Source of the DNA: Faecalibacillus sp.
GTDB lineage: Bacteria; Bacteroidota; Bacteroidia; Bacteroidales; UBA932
DNA length: 64,000 nt
NCBI GenBank assembly: GCA_963604635.1
Contig: CAVCRS010000001.1
Span: 9,868 to 73,867, forward strand
Direction of reading: 5' to 3'
Positions 1 to 8,077 of this stretch are shown one piece after another (within the stretch, counting starts at the first letter, position 1; the number at the start of each line of letters is the position of its first letter). The notes under the pieces are model-generated. The model made no database searches and was not told the origin of the DNA. It was given only the letters and a program-made list of their open reading frames with translations. The position numbers were made by a program, and so were the translations under genes.

Positions 1-62
1 AAATCAGCGTCACGATGTGGGTGCTCGCGATTCTCTTCCTGCTCCGCTACATCCTGATGTAA
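1..62 (+). CDS. 3' end of a membrane protein, probably an NCS2/AzgA-family purine permease (truncated by window start)
   Basis: Frame 3 reads ISVTMWVLAILFLLRYILM*, a hydrophobic C-terminus resembling NCS2 permease ends; followed by a terminator hairpin. Confidence 0.5.
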   Translation, partial: ISVTMWVLAILFLLRYILM

Positions 63-90
63 GCGACATCTGAAGCCTATATATAGAAAT

Positions 91-126
91 AAGGGATTGG
101 CCGGAACGGCCGGTCCCTTTTTTCTT
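91..126 (+). terminator. Intrinsic terminator
   Basis: AAGGGATTGGCC-GGAAC-GGCCGGTCCCTT hairpin followed by a T run. Confidence 0.7.
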
Positions 127-198
127 GTGCGCGCAGGAATGTTCGAGCGGATTTTCATATGCGCGCGGGAATGTCTGAGCGGAGAGTGAATTTTTGCT

Positions 199-206
199 TA
201 TCTTTG
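199..206 (+). promoter_or_regulatory. Bacteroidetes sigma-A -7 box
   Basis: TATCTTTG matches TAnnTTTG about 40 nt upstream of the esterase ATG. Confidence 0.6.
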
Positions 207-248
207 CAGGCTGGACGTTCGCTCGCAACGTCCGCGAATGAAACGAAA

Positions 249-1409
249 ATGTACACGAAAATGAGGAGATTACTCAGCTGCATAGCCCTGGCTATGATAA
301 CGACTTTCGCAGTGCTCGCCCAGAGCGCCGCTTCCACCCGCAAGACAGCTTCACCGATAATTTCAGATGAGAGCGTAACATTCAGACTCGTAGCCGATTA
401 CGCAACCTCAGTGCGACTCGCAGGCTCCTGGCAGAAGGCCACCGTCGAGATGCGCCGCGCGGAAGATTTCGTCTGGACCGCGACCGTCCAGGGTCTGGTG
501 CCTGACCTCTACTCCTACTGTTTCATCGTCGATGGCGTGGAGGCCGTCGATCCGGCCAATCCTTCCGTCGTCCGTCTCCCCGAAGGCACCCGCAATCTCT
601 TCATCAAGCCGGGCAGCAAGTCCGAGGACTTCCAGGACATCTCCGCGGGCGGCAACATCTCAGCCGTCTGGTACGACAGCCCGACCCTGGGGATGAAACG
701 CAGAATGTGGGTATATACCCCGGCAGGCTACGGCCAGAACAAACGCACGAAATACCCTGTGCTCTACCTGCTGCACGAGCAGGGCGGAAATGAAGACTCG
801 TGGCTGAGCTTCGGGCGCGCCGCGCAGATCCTCGACAACCTCATCGCGAAAGGCAAGGCCAAGCCGATGATCGTCGTGATGCCGAACTGCGACGCCCGGC
901 AGGCCTCCGGCCAATCCCTTACCGGAGTCAGCACTTCCCGCAGCGGCCGCAACACCGGCCCGGGGCTCTTCGAAACGAGTATGATAAAGGACATAATCCC
1001 TTATGTCGAAAGCCATTACAATGTCCAGAAAGACAGGGCTTCACGCGCCATTTCCGGCGCCGGAACCGGCGGGGAATACGCCCTCAGACTGAGCTGTCAG
1101 TACCCTGATATGTTCTGCTATGTCTGCCCTCTCAGTATGGGATTCCAGGGGATGAACGCGAACGGAAGCCCCGTCTTTTTCGATGAAGGCAAGACCCTCG
1201 CCTATTTCGACAGGCTCGCCAAGTCCCGTCTGGCCCTCGTCTGGATGGCCTGCGGCAGCGAAGATCCGGTTTACGAAGATTCCCAGAGGCTCGACCGTGA
1301 ACTGACCCAGCACAATGTCTGGCATTCGTTCTTCGTCACGGGCGGAGGGCACAGCTGGAGCAACTGGAGACATTATCTTGATATGTTCTTACCTATATTG
1401 TTCAAATGA
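249..1409 (+). CDS. Secreted CE1/Fes-like alpha/beta-hydrolase with N-terminal CBM48/E-set domain; catalytic serine motif degenerate
   Basis: Signal peptide; VTFRL..A..V.LAG and YSYCFIVDG..VDP E-set motifs; RRMWVYTPAGY, YPVLYLLH, MIVVMPN, GGHSW motifs; nucleophile elbow reads GAGTGG. Start taken at ATG 249, downstream of the -7 box. Confidence 0.8.
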   Translation: MYTKMRRLLSCIALAMITTFAVLAQSAASTRKTASPIISDESVTFRLVADYATSVRLAGSWQKATVEMRRAEDFVWTATVQGLVPDLYSYCFIVDGVEAVDPANPSVVRLPEGTRNLFIKPGSKSEDFQDISAGGNISAVWYDSPTLGMKRRMWVYTPAGYGQNKRTKYPVLYLLHEQGGNEDSWLSFGRAAQILDNLIAKGKAKPMIVVMPNCDARQASGQSLTGVSTSRSGRNTGPGLFETSMIKDIIPYVESHYNVQKDRASRAISGAGTGGEYALRLSCQYPDMFCYVCPLSMGFQGMNANGSPVFFDEGKTLAYFDRLAKSRLALVWMACGSEDPVYEDSQRLDRELTQHNVWHSFFVTGGGHSWSNWRHYLDMFLPILFK

Positions 1410-2485
1410 TTATGAAACGCTTGATTCTTTCTTTCGGCCTTATAGCCACTCTCTTCTCCTGCTCCTGCTGCGGGGGAAAAGACAATCCCGATGACACCAA
1501 AACAAAGGAAGACGAAAAGGAACAGACCGAAGAGGTCGCCTTCGCCAAAGGCGCCGACATCTCCTGGTGCACGGAGATGGAGAGCAAGGGATATGAATTC
1601 TACGACAACAACGGAACTGAAACCGAGTGCACCGCCCTTATGAAAGCCCTGGGATTCAATGCCATACGCCTGCGCGTATGGGTAAATCCGACTGACGGCT
1701 GGTGCGGAAAGGAAGACGTGGTCGTGAAAGCGAAAAGAGCCCAGGCTCTGGGAATGAAGCTTATGATAGATTTCCACTACAGCGACAGCTGGGCCGACCC
1801 GGCCAAGCAGAATGTCCCTGCGGCCTGGTCAAAATATTCCACATCTGAAATGGCCAATGCCGTCGGAGCCCATACACGCGAAGTCCTCAACGCCCTGAAA
1901 AACGCCGGAGTGGATGTAGAGTGGGTCGCCGTGGGCAATGAAGTGGAGGGCGGAATGCTATGGCCGACCGGGAAGGTTTCCGGGAACAGCGTGGGCAGTT
2001 TCGTAACCTATCTGAACGCGGGCTATGCGGCCTCCAAAGAAGTCTACCCGAACGCTTCGGTGGTTCTGCACATCAGCAACGGCTGGAATTCAGACTCCAC
2101 CCTGTGGTTCTTCAATCTTATGAAAACCAACGGAGGCAAATACGACATCATCGGACTCTCCCTCTACCCTTCCTACTGGGATGACACCACCAAGTCATAC
2201 CCGAACTGGAACACGAAGGCCAAGCAGTTCGTGATGAACGTCAATACCCTCTACCAGACCTTCAAGCATCCTGTGATGCTCTGCGAGGTCGGAATGCCGG
2301 CAAGCGAGCCTGACAAGGCCAAAGCCATGCTCCAGTACATTTTCGACAACACCGAGTCATTCGACTGGTTCCAGGGCATCTTCTACTGGGAGCCGGAATC
2401 CGAGAACTCCAGAAACGGCTACGCCTACGGAGCTTTCGAGAACGGCCGTGCCACGGCCGCCCTCGAGCCCTTCAAAACGAACTAG
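1406..2485 (+). CDS. GH53 endo-beta-1,4-galactanase, lipoprotein
   Basis: FAKGADISW, AIRLRVWVNP, IDFHYSDSWADP, VGNE (acid/base), LCEVG (nucleophile), FYWEP; lipoprotein signal with Cys and acidic tether; ATGA overlap with the upstream stop. Confidence 0.92.
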   Translation: MIMKRLILSFGLIATLFSCSCCGGKDNPDDTKTKEDEKEQTEEVAFAKGADISWCTEMESKGYEFYDNNGTETECTALMKALGFNAIRLRVWVNPTDGWCGKEDVVVKAKRAQALGMKLMIDFHYSDSWADPAKQNVPAAWSKYSTSEMANAVGAHTREVLNALKNAGVDVEWVAVGNEVEGGMLWPTGKVSGNSVGSFVTYLNAGYAASKEVYPNASVVLHISNGWNSDSTLWFFNLMKTNGGKYDIIGLSLYPSYWDDTTKSYPNWNTKAKQFVMNVNTLYQTFKHPVMLCEVGMPASEPDKAKAMLQYIFDNTESFDWFQGIFYWEPESENSRNGYAYGAFENGRATAALEPFKTN

Positions 2486-2532
2486 GCCACACCGCTCACC
2501 TCGACAGGCTCGGTGGCCGCACTGTCCTTATT

Positions 2533-2594
2533 TCGAAGCTCCTAATGGAGCACCGCGACCCAGGGGGCCCGGGGGATACGTCCCCCGGTCAATA
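2533..2594 (-). repeat. REP-like dispersed repeat, copy A
   Basis: Minus strand TATTGACCGGGGGACGTATCCCCCGGGCCCCC...CCATTAGGAGCTTCGA; matches copies at 20986 and 61630. Confidence 0.8.
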
Positions 2595-4508
2595 GAGGTC
2601 TACGACCAGAGCCTGCAAAGGACCGACAGCAACCGGGGCGGAGAAATCCACTGTCTCACCTGTGATTACATTGCGTCCGGCGGTAACGTCGGATGCGATT
2701 TCGGCATAGCTGCTCCACGGAACGGTCTTGGTATCGTGTGAATTGTTCAGATAGACAAAAACCTTCTGCCCGGCGTCATTGTAGCGGAAATAGGCGTAGG
2801 TGTTGTCGCGTGTGAGGAAGTGCATAGTACGGCCGTTGTGAATCACTTCCGCTGTCTTTCTCCACTGGAAGAGAGTGCTCACATAGTCATACAGGTCAGC
2901 ATAGGTGCCCGCAGGAAGGCTCTCGCCGTTATTCCACACATTGGCCGCGACGCGGCCCTCGGCAGTGAAGAGATCGAACTCGTCGCCCTGCCAGCCGCCC
3001 GGAAAATCCACTCTCTTGCCGCCGTCGCCCTGGCGCACGTCGGAGGAGCAGAACATCATCTCGTCGCCGCTGAAAATCTGCGGAATGCCGCGGATTGTGG
3101 CAATGAGCGTCAGCACAAGTTTCTGACGTTCAGGACATTTTCTTATCGCATCGCCGAGGCGGCCCGTGTCGTGGTTAGATGACATCACGAGCATATGGCT
3201 CATATCCTGATAGGCGAAATCGTGCGAGATGCAGTCATAGATGCGCACCAGGCCTTCACTCCAGTTCACATTGTCCTCCGGGAAGGCGGTATAGATGGCC
3301 GCCTGGAGCGGGAAGTCCATAATGGACGGGAGATGGGAGTCGAAACCGTCCTTGTTCGGGTTTCCTGCCTGCCAATAAGCGAGCTGAGGCACGGAGTTGG
3401 TCCAGCACTCGCCCACTATGTTGAAGTTCGGATATTCGGCCAATACGGCCTTGCACCACTCGCTCATCGGGACTTTCTCGTTATACGGATAGGTATCGAC
3501 CCGGAAACCGTCCAGATCGGCCCATTCTATCCACCAGACGGCCCACTGCTTGAAGTACTGGAGAAGGTAAGGGTTGTCGAGGTTCATATCGACCATAGTC
3601 TCGGTGAACCAGCCCTTGTCCATACCCTTGCGGTCTATCTGCGCGGCGTTGTAGTCGATGGTGGTGGAGAAGCAGGCATTCGTATGGTAATACTCCGGCC
3701 ACTGGTTTATCCAGTCATCGAAAGGGAGGTCCTTCATCCACCAGTGATCGGCGGCGGCGTGGTTCGTGACGATGTCCATAATCATCTTTATGTCCTTTTC
3801 GTGGCATTTCCGAACCAGTTCACGGTACATTTCATTGCCGCCGAAACGCGGGTCTATCTGATAGTAGTCCGCACAGGAATAGCCGTGGTAGGAAACGCCC
3901 GCACTGTCGTTGTCCAGAAGCAGCGGAGTGTTCCAGATGGCTGTGATTCCCAGATCCGAAAGATAGTCCAGATGATCCATAATACCCTGGATATCACCGC
4001 CGTGACGTCCGAAAGGATTGCTTCGGTCAGCCTTTTCGCAGGTCAGCGGAGAGTCATCATTGGACGGGTCGCCGTTGGCGAACCTGTCCGGCATTATGAG
4101 ATAGATCATATCCGCGGCGGTGAAGCTCCCGCGCTGCGCGGAGCCTTCACGGCGCGAACTGAGGGTGTAGGCGCGCTTGAAGCTCCCGCCTTCACCGCTG
4201 AACACGAGGTAAATCTCGCCCTCCGGGGCGGAAGGCGGGACACTGAGGTCGAGGAAGAGGTAGTTCGGGCTCTGAGCCTTGTGTACCGCGGTGAGTTTCA
4301 CGCCTTTGCCCTCAACGGACACATCGTATGCGCCTATGCCCTCGCCGTAAACCATAAGCTGGAGCGGGGTTTTCATTCCGACCCACCAGCAAGGCGGTTC
4401 GACGCGGGATATCTGCTCCTGCGTGGCGTCCCGGACCGAAGCTGGGTCGAACGCCTGCGAGCAGGCAGCGACAGCAAGAGCTGCCAATATGATTGTTAAC
4501 TTTCTCAT
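2589..4508 (-). CDS. susA: GH13 neopullulanase/cyclomaltodextrinase (SusA-like), lipoprotein
   Basis: VEPPCWWVGMK N-terminal domain, IYLIMPDRFANGD, HGGDIQGI, DGFRVDT (nucleophile), VGECW, NHD; VAAC lipobox. Confidence 0.88.
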   Translation of the reverse strand: MRKLTIILAALAVAACSQAFDPASVRDATQEQISRVEPPCWWVGMKTPLQLMVYGEGIGAYDVSVEGKGVKLTAVHKAQSPNYLFLDLSVPPSAPEGEIYLVFSGEGGSFKRAYTLSSRREGSAQRGSFTAADMIYLIMPDRFANGDPSNDDSPLTCEKADRSNPFGRHGGDIQGIMDHLDYLSDLGITAIWNTPLLLDNDSAGVSYHGYSCADYYQIDPRFGGNEMYRELVRKCHEKDIKMIMDIVTNHAAADHWWMKDLPFDDWINQWPEYYHTNACFSTTIDYNAAQIDRKGMDKGWFTETMVDMNLDNPYLLQYFKQWAVWWIEWADLDGFRVDTYPYNEKVPMSEWCKAVLAEYPNFNIVGECWTNSVPQLAYWQAGNPNKDGFDSHLPSIMDFPLQAAIYTAFPEDNVNWSEGLVRIYDCISHDFAYQDMSHMLVMSSNHDTGRLGDAIRKCPERQKLVLTLIATIRGIPQIFSGDEMMFCSSDVRQGDGGKRVDFPGGWQGDEFDLFTAEGRVAANVWNNGESLPAGTYADLYDYVSTLFQWRKTAEVIHNGRTMHFLTRDNTYAYFRYNDAGQKVFVYLNNSHDTKTVPWSSYAEIASDVTAGRNVITGETVDFSAPVAVGPLQALVVDLY

Positions 4509-4566
4509 ACGGGTTGATTATTAGTTTGGTGTTGTTGTGTTTGGATTGGACGCGTCAGCGGCCGGA

Positions 4567-5931
4567 CTACTGGGCAGGAGCTGGAACAATCTCCAGATCC
4601 TCGGCGGAGACTGCGGTCGTGTCGGAAGAATTCTCCGGCAACGGAGTATAGACGTCGAAGTCCTTCTCCGTCATCGCGCCCAGGGAAATCTTGGTCTCGT
4701 ACGGAGCCGCGAGATGCACGAGGACGTTTATGGAATCATCCGGCAGGATGCGGTTATAGGAGATCCAGGTCTCGTCTGCGCAGCGCGGATCGCCCTCGAC
4801 AAGCTCGAAGCCGGCACCGCTCCAGCCCTGCACGCAAGGATGGTCGTGATAGAATTTGAGCAGCGTGAAGTAGAATCCGTAGATATTGCGGATGTTGTCG
4901 ACATTCGTCCAATGCTCGGCCGGAAGCGGGTCTTTCTCGAAGAACTCGAAGCGCTTCCGGTTTCCGAGCTCCTGTCCGGTGTAGATGAGCGGCTGGGCTC
5001 CAGGAAGAGTGCAGGAAAGTACCATACAGGCTCTCCAGGCCTCACCCATACGCTCGAACTCAGTGCCGTTCCAGGAATTCTCGTCGTGGTTCGTGATGAA
5101 TGCGAGACGGTATGCGTTCGACGGATAGTCTTTCAGGCTCTCGTTTACGACATCGAGAAGCTCTTTCTTGCCGGCCTTGCCCTGTGCTATGTCATTCATC
5201 ACGTGATGGAGCTTCCACCAGTATGTGGCGTCGAATCCGGCCGTATGGAGCCACGGCTCTTCGCCCTCGGCGAGGAAGTAAAGGTCAGGATTCTTGGCTT
5301 TCATCGCGGAGATGGCGTGCTTCCAGAAGTCCTCAGGAACCTGGTAGGCGACGTCGCAGCGGAAGCCGTCCACGCCCTTGTCCACCCAGAATTCCATACA
5401 CTTCTCCATCTCGGCGCGCATATCCTGATTCTCGTAATTGAGTTTGGCGATGTCTGTCCAGTCGTATTCGATGACGATATTGCCCTGCTCATCCCTTACA
5501 TACCAGTCCGCAGGCTTTTCGGTAACCCAGGCGTGGTCCGGGGCAGTGTGGTTCGCCACCCAGTCGAGGATCACCTTGAAACCCATATCGTGGGCGTCAG
5601 CAAGGAATTTGTCGAAGTCCTCCATCGTGCCGAACTCCGGATTCACCGCGCAATAGTCCTTTATGGCGTAGTAGGAACCGAGGGTACCCTTGCGGTTCAG
5701 CTCTCCGATAGGATAGATCGGCATCACCCAGAGGATGTCTATGCCCATATTCTTTATGATCGGGAGGTATTTCTCCGCGGCCTCGAATGTGCCTTCCGGA
5801 GTGAACTGACGGACGTTCAGTTCATAGACGGTGGAACCCTTGGTCCACGCCGCGTGCTGACATTTCTTCGGAGCGGAGGTGCAGGCCGCGAGAAGAATCG
5901 CGGCGGCGAGCAGGAGAATGATCTTTTTCAT
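4567..5931 (-). CDS. GH13 alpha-amylase, lipoprotein
   Basis: VYELNVRQFTPEGTF, DWVANHT, DGFRCDVA, LAEGE, TNHDEN; LAAC lipobox. Confidence 0.88.
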   Translation of the reverse strand: MKKIILLLAAAILLAACTSAPKKCQHAAWTKGSTVYELNVRQFTPEGTFEAAEKYLPIIKNMGIDILWVMPIYPIGELNRKGTLGSYYAIKDYCAVNPEFGTMEDFDKFLADAHDMGFKVILDWVANHTAPDHAWVTEKPADWYVRDEQGNIVIEYDWTDIAKLNYENQDMRAEMEKCMEFWVDKGVDGFRCDVAYQVPEDFWKHAISAMKAKNPDLYFLAEGEEPWLHTAGFDATYWWKLHHVMNDIAQGKAGKKELLDVVNESLKDYPSNAYRLAFITNHDENSWNGTEFERMGEAWRACMVLSCTLPGAQPLIYTGQELGNRKRFEFFEKDPLPAEHWTNVDNIRNIYGFYFTLLKFYHDHPCVQGWSGAGFELVEGDPRCADETWISYNRILPDDSINVLVHLAAPYETKISLGAMTEKDFDVYTPLPENSSDTTAVSAEDLEIVPAPAQ

Positions 5932-5949
5932 ATTCTTTGCATTTGTTTT

Positions 5950-7956
5950 TTACTGAAGGAAAACTGCCGAGGCATAAGTGCCCAGAGTGAGTTTCTGACC
6001 CTTTACGGTGACATTTCCGTTCGAGCCGATGAGACGGGTGAGGTCATCGTTAGGAAGGCTGAATGTAGCGGGAGCCGTGGCGAAATTGTGGAGTACCAGC
6101 ACCTTCTGGCCGTCATAGCTGCGGTACCAGGCGGAAACCGACTGGACGGACGATATGGAGGAGCAGGCGTCGAAACTGCCTTTCGCGAGAGCCTTGTAGC
6201 GGTCGCGGAGCTCTCCGAATTTAATGTATGTGCTCAATACCGAAGTGGAATCTGCCTTCTGGACCTCGACGCTGTAGGAGGAATTGCGCATTGCGGCGTC
6301 TGTCTTGCCTCCGAGCTTGGCGTCGGCGTAGGAGGAGCCGTCGGAATTCCACATTATCGGGGTGCGGACATACTCGTCGCCGTTGTTCTTGTTCCCCAGA
6401 TACCCGAGTTCCTCGCCCTGATAGATATACGGTTCACCCGGGGCTGTAAGGAGCACCGCTCCCGCGAGCTTCATCTTTTCGGTGTTCTTCTGAAGCTCCG
6501 TACCGGCACGGACTTCATCGTGGTTCGAGAGCTTCGTGGCCTCGATATAGTCGCTGCGATATTTGGCGTAGGTACTGCGGTAGCCCTGGACGGTGGCGAC
6601 AAAACTGTTCCCGGTGCCGCCGTTTATGGCATCGCGCAGAGTCCACCAGAAACTGAAGTCGAAGAGGGCCGGAAGCCCCTTGTAGTAAGGTGCAGCCTGA
6701 TCGTAGCTGCTGTACTGTTCTCCCACCATATAGAAGTCCCCTGTGCCGCCGTCAGCGTGATAACGCTCGTTGCAGCGGTCATAGAACTTCTTGAGGAAAG
6801 TCGGATTTTCATCTGAAGAGGCGTTGTGATAGATGTGCTTCACCGCATCGAGACGGAAACCGTCGACACCCATATCTATCCACTTGTCCGCCGCAGTGCA
6901 GACGGCTTTGAATGCTTCCGAGGTCTCGCAGGTCGAAGCCGGGCCGTAATTCAGGTCCGCAAACCAGGAGGTCCAGAAGTGGGAGTGGTACATCGTAGTG
7001 GACATACCGGGAAGGAGAATGTCCTGAGCGTCGGAGTTCGAGAGTTTGAGCGCCTGTCCCCAGGAGAGCCGGTTCTTTCCGGTCGGAGCGCCATATTTGT
7101 AGGAATCCCACTGCGTCGTGGAAGTGCGCACGAGGACTCCCCAGGAGCTTTCCAGCTCCAATGAAAGGGTGCAGCTCTTCCCTCCGGCGGTGTAGAACTG
7201 CTGCATAAGTCCGTCTCCGTAATAGAGATATACTCCGCTGGTCTGACTCCCGATGTTCTTTATTTCCTCAACCTTTTCCATCGTGAGGGTGGAAGGCTTT
7301 CCGGAAGCGTCCAGAGCGAGGGTGAATTTCACCTTGCCGGCCGACGAACCGCCGCTTACTGCAGGGAACCACTGGCCTGAATCATAGCCGGAGGCCCCTT
7401 CTGTGGCGATCATTGCTATCTTCCCCGCCTTGATGTCGGCCTGAGGGTTGTCGGAGAAGATGTAATAGTCTCTGTAAGGACTGTCCGGATTCGCCTTGGC
7501 TTCGAGGAACCACGGATTGTCTTTCGAGGAGTGGTTCAGGACGTAATCCAGATAGACCTTTATGCCCTTCGAATGTGCGGATTTGAGAAGGGACTTGAAA
7601 TCGGCTTCCGTGCCGTAGTCGGGATTCACGCCGGAGTAGTCGATGACGTCATACCCGTGGTAGGAAGAGGCCGGGTGGATAGGCGAAAGCCAGAGGGCCT
7701 GTACGCCCAGATCCTTGAGATAGTCCAGTCTCTGTTCTATGCCACTGAAGTCACCGCAGCCGTCTCCGTCGCTGTCCGCGAAGGAGTAAACCAGCAGCTG
7801 ATAGGTGATTCCGGATTCGCCGCTGCGCGCGGGAATCTGCTCTTCGGGGTTATCTTTGCCGGAATCCGGAGCGGGATCGTCGGTGCCGTGTTTGCCGCAG
7901 GAGAGGGCCAGGGCCCATACCAGCAGCGAAGAGAGAATAAGAGATCTGAACTTCAT
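5950..7956 (-). CDS. susG: Surface GH13 alpha-amylase with internal CBM-like insertion (SusG-like), lipoprotein
   Basis: YQLLVYSFADSDGDGCGDF, SYHGYDV, DYVLNH, ~120-aa insertion in the B domain, WFADLNYG, DGFRLDAVKH, VGE, SNHDE; ALSC lipobox. Confidence 0.88.
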   Translation of the reverse strand: MKFRSLILSSLLVWALALSCGKHGTDDPAPDSGKDNPEEQIPARSGESGITYQLLVYSFADSDGDGCGDFSGIEQRLDYLKDLGVQALWLSPIHPASSYHGYDVIDYSGVNPDYGTEADFKSLLKSAHSKGIKVYLDYVLNHSSKDNPWFLEAKANPDSPYRDYYIFSDNPQADIKAGKIAMIATEGASGYDSGQWFPAVSGGSSAGKVKFTLALDASGKPSTLTMEKVEEIKNIGSQTSGVYLYYGDGLMQQFYTAGGKSCTLSLELESSWGVLVRTSTTQWDSYKYGAPTGKNRLSWGQALKLSNSDAQDILLPGMSTTMYHSHFWTSWFADLNYGPASTCETSEAFKAVCTAADKWIDMGVDGFRLDAVKHIYHNASSDENPTFLKKFYDRCNERYHADGGTGDFYMVGEQYSSYDQAAPYYKGLPALFDFSFWWTLRDAINGGTGNSFVATVQGYRSTYAKYRSDYIEATKLSNHDEVRAGTELQKNTEKMKLAGAVLLTAPGEPYIYQGEELGYLGNKNNGDEYVRTPIMWNSDGSSYADAKLGGKTDAAMRNSSYSVEVQKADSTSVLSTYIKFGELRDRYKALAKGSFDACSSISSVQSVSAWYRSYDGQKVLVLHNFATAPATFSLPNDDLTRLIGSNGNVTVKGQKLTLGTYASAVFLQ

Positions 7957-7960
7957 AGCG

Positions 7961-7968
7961 CAAAGTTA
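7961..7968 (-). promoter_or_regulatory. -7 promoter box directly before susG
   Basis: Minus strand TAACTTTG-CGCT-ATG. Confidence 0.6.
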
Positions 7969-8014
7969 TAAGTAATCAGTAAAATAACGGATACTGAAAA
8001 TCTGTTTTGAAAAC

Positions 8015-8056
8015 AAAAAAACAAATGCGCTCGAGCGCATCCCGAGCGCATTTGTT
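8015..8056 (-). terminator. Intrinsic terminator between susEF and susG
   Basis: 14-bp stem AACAAATGCGCTCG/CGAGCGCATTTGTT followed on the minus strand by a T run. Confidence 0.8.
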
Positions 8057-8077
8057 CAGAAATTGACGGTGCAGGTT

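Noticed and set aside
4537..6816. Long antisense ORFs (759 aa here; also 3195-4499, 22012-23703, 30010-31386, 35501-37018, 37047-38159)
   Set aside because: They mirror well-supported genes on the other strand and have no recognisable motifs; expected shadows of strong codon bias
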